This document shows positions 16,191-23,699 of a stretch of 24,000 nt of DNA, piece after piece. A model generated the notes under the pieces. That model was given only the letters and a program-made list of their open reading frames with translations, was not told where the DNA came from and made no database searches. The translations under genes were made by a program, and so were the position numbers. Within the stretch, counting starts at the first letter, position 1; every line of letters begins with the position of its first letter. The DNA comes from Pyrinomonadaceae bacterium (GTDB lineage: Bacteria > Acidobacteriota > Blastocatellia > Pyrinomonadales > Pyrinomonadaceae): positions 184,254-208,253 of the forward strand of contig JAWKHN010000007.1 of NCBI GenBank assembly GCA_041394795.1. The letters run 5' to 3'.

Positions 16191-16240
16191 ATCGACTTTT
16201 TGGAGTGCCCTCAGAGTTGAGTCCACTCTAAAAAGTCGAT
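16191..16240. repeat. Long inverted repeat or stem-loop: 17-bp stem including one G-T/G-U pair, with a 16-nt loop.
   Basis: The left arm atcgactttttggagtg (16191-16207) pairs with cactctaaaaagtcgat (16224-16240). The loop is ccctcagagttgagtc. The loop and right arm are the first 29 nt of repeat copy 2. The left arm is unique sequence that resembles gtcgactttaaggggtc in copy 1. Confidence 0.8.
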
Positions 16241-16382
16241 CTTCTTCCAAAATCCGGAAATTACTATTCGGACGCGTAGCGTCACGTAGATTTTAGCCGT
16301 GGTTGAAGCGGCTTTGCGCGGAATCCACTGTAAACATAAAAACAACGTTCGCGCCGGGTACCGGCGCGGAGAAACGCCCGTA
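16212..16382. repeat. Copy 2 of the ~171-bp non-coding direct repeat, offset 335 bp from copy 1.
   Basis: Evidence is as for copy 1. Weaker similarity (~60%) continues for ~30 nt past both copies: gcgttccaagcgccaatga-tttgcagg versus gcattccatcgcccatggtacttgctag. Confidence 0.9.
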
Positions 16383-16535
16383 ATTCTGGCATTCCATCGC
16401 CCATGGTACTTGCTAGCGGAGCTAACTCGCTCATTGAATTTTTGGTTTTCCAGCGTCTCCGGAGGATTTGCTTCATGAATCGTTTCCGGCATCGGCTTCC
16501 AGGTTGTAAAATTCGTTTTTGCTTTTGAGGATTTT

Positions 16536-17468
16536 ATGAAGACGATCATCACCGAATCGGTTCGCGAGGCCGCCGGAATACTGCGGCGTGGCGGGATCGT
16601 CGCGTTTCCGACCGAGACCGTGTACGGACTCGGAGCGCCGATTTTCAACCCCTCTTCGATTTCGCGAATCTTCGAAGCAAAGTCGCGCCCCGCCGACAAT
16701 CCTCTGATCGCGCACATCTCGGATCTGTCGCAGATCGAGGATCTCACAGAATTCCTGCCCGATTATGGAAAACGGATCATTGACGCGTTTTATCCGGGTC
16801 CTCTTACGATCGTCGTTCGAAAGAAACCGACGGTTCCCGATATCGCCACCGCGGGGCTCGATTCCGTGGGGATTCGAATGCCCGATCAAACTCTTGCCCG
16901 AGAACTAATCGAAGCCGCCGGTACGCCCTTGGTGGCGCCATCGGCAAACGTATCGGGAAAACCCTCGCCAACCACCTGGCAGGCGGTCCTCGAAGATTTG
17001 GACGGGCGAATCGATTGCATCTTAAAGGGCGAAACGACGAGGTACGGTCTCGAATCAACGGTCGTGGATTGTACCGGCGGGGCGCCCTCGATCCTGCGCC
17101 GAGGAGCGGTAACGTTTGAAGAACTGAAAACCGTGGTTCCGGAGATCACCGACGTCGCGGATAACGACCCCGACAAACCCAAAAGCCCCGGTCTCAAGCA
17201 TCGGCATTATTCCCCTTCGGCCGCAGTCGCCTTCTACACGCCGAATGCCGAAAAAAGCGAGTCTGCCTATATAGGCATCGCGGTTCCTTCATGCGAATTT
17301 AGGAAAGCAAAAATAGTAAACGATGCGGGGGAATACGCCCGCGTTCTTTATGAGTTTTTCCGTGAATGCGACCGTGATAAAATCGACAAAATTTACTGCG
17401 AGGAAATCCCTGAAACCGGAATCGGAGCAGCCGTGATGGATCGAATCCGGCGAGCGATCGCAAGATAG
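16536..17468 (+). CDS. tsaC: L-threonylcarbamoyladenylate synthase (Sua5/YwlC/TsaC family, long form with C-terminal Sua5 domain), 310 aa.
   Basis: Family motifs are present: GGIVAFPTETVYGLGA, EAKSRPADNPLIAHI, PGPLTIVV, VGIRMPD, APSANVSGKPSPT and STVVDCTG. The SD is tGAGGAttttATG. Confidence 0.9.
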   Translation: MKTIITESVREAAGILRRGGIVAFPTETVYGLGAPIFNPSSISRIFEAKSRPADNPLIAHISDLSQIEDLTEFLPDYGKRIIDAFYPGPLTIVVRKKPTVPDIATAGLDSVGIRMPDQTLARELIEAAGTPLVAPSANVSGKPSPTTWQAVLEDLDGRIDCILKGETTRYGLESTVVDCTGGAPSILRRGAVTFEELKTVVPEITDVADNDPDKPKSPGLKHRHYSPSAAVAFYTPNAEKSESAYIGIAVPSCEFRKAKIVNDAGEYARVLYEFFRECDRDKIDKIYCEEIPETGIGAAVMDRIRRAIAR

Positions 17469-17637
17469 TTGCGTGGCCCGTTTTTCATCCACCATCGCGA
17501 ACATCGAATCGGCGTGCAATTTTCACTCGCCTCATTGTTCCAACTAGAAAGACCTTTAATGCGTTCGAGAGCCGTTTGCCCCCATGGCGCTCCACGGCAT
17601 TGAGCGATTCTAAATTGAAGATTCCCGTTGATCCAAA

Positions 17638-20292
17638 GTGCACATCAAAAGCATAGAGCTCGAAAACATAAAGTCATACGCGAAAGCGAGATTCGATCTC
17701 GAACCCGGAACCACCGCCATCATGGGCGAAAACGGTGCCGGAAAAACGACGATCATCGAATCTGTGGCGTGGACGCTTTTCGATCTGCTCGATTACAAAA
17801 AAGAGGACTTTTTAAGGCGTGGCGCCAAGAAGGGCGTTGTGCGCGTCGAGTTTGAAAGCGGACTCGACGAACGCCTGTATGTCGTTCAAAGGGATACAAG
17901 AACCGGCTATTTTGTTTACGATCCGCGCCTCGATACGAGGATCGCCGACAAAAAGGAAGAGGTAACGCGATTTCTTTGGCAGCATCTCGGCGTCGAACCG
18001 GGTACAGATCTCGAATCGCTTTTCAGACGCGCCGTTGGTGTTCCCCAAGGCACATTCACGGCGATTTTTCTAGAATCTCCAACCGAAAGAAAGAAGGCCT
18101 TTGACAAGCTTTTGCGTGTCGAGGAATACCGTATCGGAGCGATGAAGCTCGGACAAACGGCGAAGTTCGTAGAGGAAAGCAGGATCGCCGAAGCGACCGC
18201 GATCGCCCGGCTTGAGGGAATGCTCTCCAACCTTCCTTCGCTTCTTGAAACACGAAAAACGCTCGAAGCCGGAATCAAAGGCCAGGAAAAGGAAGCGGAA
18301 CGATTCAAGGAATCGATCGCAGCGCTTTCTTCCGAACTCTCCAAACTCGAATCGAATCGGGCCGCTTTTGAAAAAGCGAACAGTGAGTTGAACGAAATAA
18401 AAGGCCATTTGAAGGTGCTCGAAACGCGTATCGAATCCACCGAGAAGGACGTCGAAGCCGCGACTCGCTCGGCAACAGTGGTCGAGGAGTCGAAAACGGC
18501 GTTTGAGGAGCACCAGAGCGCACTCGAAGAACTAAAAGCCGTTGAACAAAAGCTGATCGAGCGTTCAAAAAACTCAACCGAGATCGAGAGGTTGGAGCGG
18601 CTTGTAGTTGCGAATAAAACGGAAGCCAAATCCGTCGCGGAGCGGATGGAAAGGATTGAGACCGTCCGAAAGGATCTCGAGCGCCTCGCCCCTTTGGCCG
18701 CGGATCAGGAGCGAATGGAAACCCGCGCCGGAGAATTGAATCGACGGATTGCCGAGTTGAAGGGCGAAAGCAAAGTCATCGACGAGTACGAAGCTCAACG
18801 AAACTCGCTCCGAAGTTCGCTTCTTACTTTAAGAAAATCGGTTGCCGAAGCCGAAAGATCCGCAGCGGTCGCCGCTGAGGTACCGGCCCTCGCAAAAAGA
18901 TCCGACGATATCTCGGCGGAACTCGCACGAATCGAAGCCTCTCTGGAACGCGATCTCGAATTCCGCGAACAGATCAGAGGCGGGCTCTGCCCAGTCTTTT
19001 CCGAGAAATGCCTGAACCTCAAACCCGGAGACACGCTCGACGCATTCCTCGACAAGAAAACGCTGCAAAACGAATCCAACAAAAAGGCACTTGCCGGCGA
19101 AAAAGCCGAAGTATCAAAGCGGCTTCAGGAAGCGCGAAAAGCCGAAAAATCGGTTGCCGAACTCTCACATTTGCGAACTCGAGAAGACGAGATCACGAAA
19201 GAAGGAATGAGGATCAAGGAAGATCAGGAAAAACTCCTCAAACAACTCGAAGAACTACCAACGCTTTCCAAAGAACTCGAAACGCTTCAGAAGGAGATCG
19301 CCTCAATCGAAGATCCAAAATCCAAAATCATATCTCTGAATCAGGAACTCGAGCGTGGCGAATCGCTTGCCGCCCGAGCGACAGAACTGGAGAATGAAGC
19401 CAAGAATCTCTCCTCGGAACTTGAATCTAGAAATGAAGCATTTGCGGCGTTTGGCGAGATCGATAAAAGAAAATCGGAACTTGTAGAAACAAGGGACAGA
19501 ACCGCTGAAAAGTACCGCGATTATCTCCAAAACCAATCCGCCGCGGCGCGGCTCGACGAATTAAAGCGGTCGCTGGAAGCGCTTCATTCCGAACGATCAG
19601 AAAAGCGCGGCGCGCTTTTGGAGTCGGAAACCCACGCGGCAAAAGCGGCCGAACTATTTGATCAAACCCGATTTCTGCGAATCTCGGACGAGCACAAAAT
19701 CGGCGAGCTCAAACTCCGCGAGCTCGAAACCGAACTCAGGCTTTCACAAGGTCAGATTGAGGAAGTCTCGGCAAGCATTGCATCGCTTGAGGGTTCAAAA
19801 AAGGAACTCGTCCAGCATCAGAAGGAAAAGGATTCGCTTGACCGACTGTTCGAAACGATTTCTTTTATCCGCGAGACATTGAAATCGGCCGCGCCGAATG
19901 TCGCCAAAAATTATGTATTTCATGTTTCGGTCGAGGCCAACAATCTGTATCGCGAGATCACCGGGAACGCCGAAACCACGCTCCGTTGGAACGAGGAATA
20001 CGCTATCGAAATCGACGAGGGCGGTTACAGCCGCCCTTTTCTGAGCCTTTCCGGCGGGGAGCAGATGGCCGCCGCGCTGTCGGTGCGTCTGGCACTACTA
20101 AAGCAGCTTTCAGATGTTAGAATAGCCTTTTTTGACGAACCGACGACGAACATGGACGCCGAGCGACGCGAGAGATTGGCCGAGCAGATCAGCCGCATCA
20201 CTGAGAGTCGAACTTTTAACCAGCTTTTTGTCATCTCACACGACGACACTTTTGAGAGTTACGCCGATCACGTTGTCACCGTCGGCGAGTAG
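17638..20292 (+). CDS. Rad50/SbcC-like SMC-family ATPase (884 aa) with a long coiled coil and a central Cys hook.
   Basis: The start is GTG. The N-terminus MHIKSIELENIKSYAKARFDLEPGTTAIMGENGAGKTTIIESV carries Walker A. A Q-loop (VPQGTF) is present, followed by ~600 aa of heptad-rich E/K/L/A coiled coil. A mid-molecule GGLCPVFSEKCLN sits at aa 451-458. The C-terminal head has the signature LSGGEQMAAALSVRLAL, Walker B IAFFDEPTTNMD, and H-loop VISHDD. Confidence 0.85.
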   Translation: MHIKSIELENIKSYAKARFDLEPGTTAIMGENGAGKTTIIESVAWTLFDLLDYKKEDFLRRGAKKGVVRVEFESGLDERLYVVQRDTRTGYFVYDPRLDTRIADKKEEVTRFLWQHLGVEPGTDLESLFRRAVGVPQGTFTAIFLESPTERKKAFDKLLRVEEYRIGAMKLGQTAKFVEESRIAEATAIARLEGMLSNLPSLLETRKTLEAGIKGQEKEAERFKESIAALSSELSKLESNRAAFEKANSELNEIKGHLKVLETRIESTEKDVEAATRSATVVEESKTAFEEHQSALEELKAVEQKLIERSKNSTEIERLERLVVANKTEAKSVAERMERIETVRKDLERLAPLAADQERMETRAGELNRRIAELKGESKVIDEYEAQRNSLRSSLLTLRKSVAEAERSAAVAAEVPALAKRSDDISAELARIEASLERDLEFREQIRGGLCPVFSEKCLNLKPGDTLDAFLDKKTLQNESNKKALAGEKAEVSKRLQEARKAEKSVAELSHLRTREDEITKEGMRIKEDQEKLLKQLEELPTLSKELETLQKEIASIEDPKSKIISLNQELERGESLAARATELENEAKNLSSELESRNEAFAAFGEIDKRKSELVETRDRTAEKYRDYLQNQSAAARLDELKRSLEALHSERSEKRGALLESETHAAKAAELFDQTRFLRISDEHKIGELKLRELETELRLSQGQIEEVSASIASLEGSKKELVQHQKEKDSLDRLFETISFIRETLKSAAPNVAKNYVFHVSVEANNLYREITGNAETTLRWNEEYAIEIDEGGYSRPFLSLSGGEQMAAALSVRLALLKQLSDVRIAFFDEPTTNMDAERRERLAEQISRITESRTFNQLFVISHDDTFESYADHVVTVGE

Positions 20293-20295
20293 TTT

Positions 20296-20754
20296 ATGAA
20301 GAAAGTAACGATAGTATGCGACGGTTCCTCTATTGGAAACGGCACCGGAAACGCCCGCGCCGCCGCATGCGCAATTCTCGGCTACAAGGGGCATTGGAAG
20401 GCGGTAGCGGTTTTTCTTGGCAAGGCCACCAACCAGCAATCGGAAATCGCCGCTGCTGAGATCGGCCTCAAAAGCCTCTCCGAACCGTGCGAAGTGCGAC
20501 TTCTGAGCGACAGCCGTTATGTCGTCGAGACCATGCTCGGGAATTTCAAAAAGAAAACGAATCACAGTTGGTGGTCGGATCTCGAAGCCGCCGCGGCAGG
20601 GCACCGCATTGAGTGGGAGTGGGTCAAGGGGCATGACGGGCACAGCGTTCAGGAAGTCGCCGACGATATCGCCCGCCACACCGCCGAACAAAGAGGCATC
20701 GACCAGCATTTCATCGATGAAGCCGTGCTTGGTTTGGGAACGATTGAAATTTGA
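20296..20754 (+). CDS. rnhA: RNase HI-type ribonuclease H (152 aa).
   Basis: The ATG lies 3 nt after the stop of the Rad50-like gene. The sequence is collinear with E. coli RNase HI. The DEDD catalytic set looks intact: VCDGSS (D), NQQSEIAAAE (E), LLSDSRYV (D), and WEWVKGHDGHSVQEVADDIA (H and D). The basic-protrusion segment appears shortened (FKKKTNHSWWSDL). Confidence 0.85.
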   Translation: MKKVTIVCDGSSIGNGTGNARAAACAILGYKGHWKAVAVFLGKATNQQSEIAAAEIGLKSLSEPCEVRLLSDSRYVVETMLGNFKKKTNHSWWSDLEAAAAGHRIEWEWVKGHDGHSVQEVADDIARHTAEQRGIDQHFIDEAVLGLGTIEI

Positions 20755-22784
20755 TCATTTTCCGCAACATTTTCTACCGCCAATTATTCCGCCGCATAAT
20801 TATCGAAATACGCGCGCGCGGCGTGGTCGCATTTGGTTTGGTGCTGCTCGCAAGTTCGTTTTCCGGTGTCATTTCCGTTTCTGCTCAAAACCTTCAAACA
20901 ACGGGCTGGTCATGGCAAAATCCATTGCCTCAGGGCAATCCTTTGACCTCGATATATTTTGACGCCGACAAACGCGCCGGATTCGCGGTCGGCCAGGGCG
21001 GAACGATCCTTCGATCCGAAAACGGAGGCTTTAGCTGGACGAGGCAAATTCCGCCGACCGAATCCGCACTTAGCGATGTCGAGGCGATCGGCCCGCGGCA
21101 CGCCTTCGCGGTTGGCGCCAGAGGCACTATTCTCGAAACAACCGATGGCGGCAAGAAGTGGTTGCCGTTGGAAGTTGGGTTTAAGGATCATTTTTACGAT
21201 GCCGAGTTTTCGAAAGGAGATCAGAAGGTTGGATTTATCGTCGGAACTTATGGCTCGGTGATAAAGACAACGGACAGCGGAAAAACGTGGGTGCAACTCG
21301 ATAAACAGGTCGATTCGCATCTGACCAAGGTCGAGGTTTTGGATGCATCCCACGTGACGATTGTTGGAGATCTTGGCGTAGCGCTAACGACAAGCGATGG
21401 AGGCGCAACCTGGGAAAAATCTGAACCCTGCGGCACCGTCGATTTGTCCGGAGCCGGGTATGTGTCTCCGGATGAGATCCTCGTGAACGGGAAGGGCGGA
21501 TGTGTCGCCCGAACCTCGGACGGCGGCAAGACCTGGAAACGGATAGGAATCTACAGCACCGTCGATCTCCTTACGATGTCGATGACGGAAAACGGACGGG
21601 GCTACATGACCGATTCCAACGGCCGTGTCTGGATTTCGGGTGACGGCGGCTCGACGTGGCTTCCTTTCAATCTACGAACCAATCCCAAGATAACGTCGAT
21701 CTATTTTTGCGATGGAATGACCGGCTGGGGTGTCGGCGAAGACGGACTCATTCTCAGAACCGACGACGGTGGCCTCAACTGGCAACGGCTCTCGTTCGGA
21801 AGCCGCAATTCGGTCAATGATCTTTATTTTCAGGATGACGAATTCGGATGGGCAGTCGGGGCCAATGGAAAAATTTGGATCACCGATGATGCCGGCGGAA
21901 ACTGGCTGTCCGTATATTCTTCGACCAAGGCAAATCTAAACGCGGTAGATGCCGTAAGTTACGACCATGCTTTCGTTGTCGGAGATAAAGGAACCGTACT
22001 CCGCACAAACAACGGAGGGATCGCCTGGGGTCCCGGGATCAGCGGCACGAAAGCCGATCTGCTCAGCGTTTATTTTCTGGACAAAGACACCGGCTATGCC
22101 GTTGGCAGCGACGGCACGATTATCCGTACGCGGTTGGCGGGCGCGTATTGGGAGCGGCTCCCTTCCGGAACCGAATACTGGCTGGAAGACGTTATTTTTC
22201 TCAACAAGAACCGCGGCGTCGTTGTCGGTGATCGTGGTACGGTTCTGACAACCGATGACGGTGGCGACACTTGGTCGAAAGTGAAACTAAACATCACCGA
22301 TAATCTCTATTCGGTAGATTTTCTAGATGAGAAGGTCGGCTTTGCAGTCGGGGCGAAAGGAATCGTAATTCGCACCGTCGATGGCGGCGAGACGTGGCGG
22401 GATTTGGAATCGCCCTTCCGTTCCAACCTCTACTCCGTAAATGTTTACGGTTCAAAAATGGTAATGGCCGCGGGAGATCTGGGACGGGTTGCCGTCTCAT
22501 CCGACGGCGGCGAAACCTGGGAGGTACAACCCACAATCACCACCAACACCATAAATTCGGTGGTTTACAAAGGCGGCAGCAATCTCTGGATTGCTGGAAT
22601 CGGTGGCTCGATCCTAAAGCGAACCAGACCTCTTTCGACACTTTCATTCTCGGCGCCAAAAATACCGCCGATCCTCAGACCATCGTCGCGCAAGGACAAG
22701 CCGCGCAAACCAAGGGTTCCGATCGTCACAATTCCCGATGACGGCGACATTCCGGTCGCCCAACCTCCGGGGGAGAATCAATAG
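20751..22784 (+). CDS. Secreted BNR/Ycf48-like repeat protein, a probable double beta-propeller (~677 aa), with a Pro/Lys-rich C-terminal tail.
   Basis: There are 13 repeats of the xDGGxTW type: NGGFSW, DGGKKW, DSGKTW, DGGATW, DGGKTW, DGGSTW, DGGLNW, DAGGNW, NGGIAW, AGAYW, DGGDTW, DGGETW and DGGETW. The signal-like segment is RARGVVAFGLVLLASSFSGVISVSAQ. The start is uncertain: TTG 20751 overlaps the rnhA TGA, and the alternative is GTG 20823. The tail reads SSRKDKPRKPRVPIVTIPDDGDIPVAQPPGENQ. Confidence 0.8.
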   Translation: MIIFRNIFYRQLFRRIIIEIRARGVVAFGLVLLASSFSGVISVSAQNLQTTGWSWQNPLPQGNPLTSIYFDADKRAGFAVGQGGTILRSENGGFSWTRQIPPTESALSDVEAIGPRHAFAVGARGTILETTDGGKKWLPLEVGFKDHFYDAEFSKGDQKVGFIVGTYGSVIKTTDSGKTWVQLDKQVDSHLTKVEVLDASHVTIVGDLGVALTTSDGGATWEKSEPCGTVDLSGAGYVSPDEILVNGKGGCVARTSDGGKTWKRIGIYSTVDLLTMSMTENGRGYMTDSNGRVWISGDGGSTWLPFNLRTNPKITSIYFCDGMTGWGVGEDGLILRTDDGGLNWQRLSFGSRNSVNDLYFQDDEFGWAVGANGKIWITDDAGGNWLSVYSSTKANLNAVDAVSYDHAFVVGDKGTVLRTNNGGIAWGPGISGTKADLLSVYFLDKDTGYAVGSDGTIIRTRLAGAYWERLPSGTEYWLEDVIFLNKNRGVVVGDRGTVLTTDDGGDTWSKVKLNITDNLYSVDFLDEKVGFAVGAKGIVIRTVDGGETWRDLESPFRSNLYSVNVYGSKMVMAAGDLGRVAVSSDGGETWEVQPTITTNTINSVVYKGGSNLWIAGIGGSILKRTRPLSTLSFSAPKIPPILRPSSRKDKPRKPRVPIVTIPDDGDIPVAQPPGENQ

Positions 22785-22797
22785 CGCAAGCTCCAGG

Positions 22798-22832
22798 AAA
22801 AAAAACGGGTCTCCAATCGGAGACCCGTTTTT
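22798..22832. terminator. Bidirectional Rho-independent terminator between convergent genes.
   Basis: A8 (22798-22805) precedes a 10-bp stem acgggtctcc (22805-22814) pairing with ggagacccgt (22819-22828), with loop aatc. T5 (22828-22832) follows. A U-tract is therefore available on both strands. Confidence 0.8.
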
Positions 22833-22858
22833 CGCGTGTTCGAGAATGATCGTAAAGA

Positions 22859-23332
22859 TTAGTTCACGTCCTCGATCTGTTTCCAATGACCGACATTGAG
22901 TTCATACGCTTCTTTTGTGGCGGTCATTTTTTCGATCTTCTTTTCCATTTTTGACGGTTCGAGCATGTTGCCGTCGGCATCATCACGGACAAAAATCTTC
23001 GAGAGAAAATACTTGTCGCCGTACTTGTTGAATACAAGATGGCTGGCAGTTGGCTGAACCTTTTCCCTCACGACGTTTGTTTGAAACACCTTTGATTTCG
23101 ACAGATTGTTGTCGCTCGAAATCTCGAGGATATACTCGGAATCGGTATCGATGTTGGTTTGCCTGATCGTGTATTCCCCGGCAGGAAACCGCGTTTCATT
23201 GACAATAAACGAAAACGGCACCTTTGCCTTGAGTACCGAATTGTCCGGTATTTGCGCCGCTGCCGTAACTGTGAAACCAAGAACCATTGCGAATGCCGCA
23301 AGTAAAGTTATGTTATTAATGCGTTGTCTCAT
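22859..23332 (-). CDS. Secreted hypothetical protein (157 aa).
   Basis: SD GGAGG lies 9 nt upstream of ATG 23332. The signal peptide is MRQRINNITLLAAFAMVLGFTVTAAAQ. The mature part (KVPFSFIVNETRFPAGEYTIRQ...) looks beta-rich, and I do not recognise any motif in it. Confidence 0.7.
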   Translation of the reverse strand: MRQRINNITLLAAFAMVLGFTVTAAAQIPDNSVLKAKVPFSFIVNETRFPAGEYTIRQTNIDTDSEYILEISSDNNLSKSKVFQTNVVREKVQPTASHLVFNKYGDKYFLSKIFVRDDADGNMLEPSKMEKKIEKMTATKEAYELNVGHWKQIEDVN

Positions 23333-23430
23333 CTTCTTGAACCTCCGAAGTTCCTTTCATTTTGAAAACCGTCCTTCGAAATTCCGACCCGTGCAATTTG
23401 TACTCAGACCATGTGCGGGCCGCGGGATTC

Positions 23431-23664
23431 CTATAAAAGGAAGTCCCGTTTCCAACCCGAACGATAGGAAGCAACAGAATCCGCCAAGACTCCTGAATCG
23501 GTTTCGCTTGAATGCCCGGCATCAGAAATGGATCCCATCGAAGCTTCCGCACTCGCCTCGACCGTTGAAATCCAGCCATCAAATTCCGAACCGCCAACAT
23601 TTAGTGCGTCGGCTCGCACGCTACCGCTCTTACTTCCGATATTCATGTCTTGTTTGATCTCCAT
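23431..23664 (-). CDS. Small acidic Ser/Gly/Ala-rich hypothetical protein (77 aa). The call is tentative.
   Basis: SD AGGAG (reverse complement of 23673-23677) lies 8 nt upstream of ATG 23664. The sequence is MEIKQDMNIGSKSGSVRADALNVGGSEFDGWISTVEASAEASMGSISDAGHSSETDSGVLADSVASYRSGWKRDFLL. The longer 144-aa version in the ORF track would read through the candidate promoter and has an implausible composition. Confidence 0.4.
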   Translation of the reverse strand: MEIKQDMNIGSKSGSVRADALNVGGSEFDGWISTVEASAEASMGSISDAGHSSETDSGVLADSVASYRSGWKRDFLL

Positions 23665-23699
23665 CGTGCTTGCTCCTTTTTCGGACATTCCAACATAGT

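Noticed and set aside
15877-16382. The two 171-bp repeats as a CRISPR array, or as a DGR template/variable repeat pair.
   Set aside because: CRISPR is excluded because there are only two copies, each 171 bp long with a 164-bp gap, and no cas genes. DGR is excluded because only ~6 of the 11 mismatches fall at adenines of one copy, neither copy lies in a CDS, and no reverse transcriptase is nearby.
15816-16889. ORF-track ORFs across the uvrC-tsaC spacer and antisense to tsaC: 15816-16010 (minus), 15964-16296 (plus), 16211-16747 (minus) and 16473-16889 (minus).
   Set aside because: Their shared peptide endings (...SSSKIRK.LFGRVASRRF, ...WIPRKAA.STAKIYVTLRVRI) simply reflect translation of the DNA repeat. 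They have no SD and basic low-complexity sequence, and the longer ones overlap the well-supported tsaC gene on the opposite strand.
17812-20249. Many antisense or alternative-frame ORFs inside the Rad50-like gene, for example 17916-18629 (237 aa, minus).
   Set aside because: These are Ser/Arg/Phe-rich mirror translations of the E/K/L-rich coiled-coil coding sequence, which is a typical artefact.
23431-23664. The 77-aa protein as a double-glycine-leader bacteriocin or RiPP precursor (…ADALNVGG|SEFDGW…).
   Set aside because: The leader does not fit the LSxxELxxIxGG consensus. The putative core has no Cys/Ser/Thr pattern typical of lanthipeptides. No C39-peptidase ABC transporter or modification enzyme is nearby.
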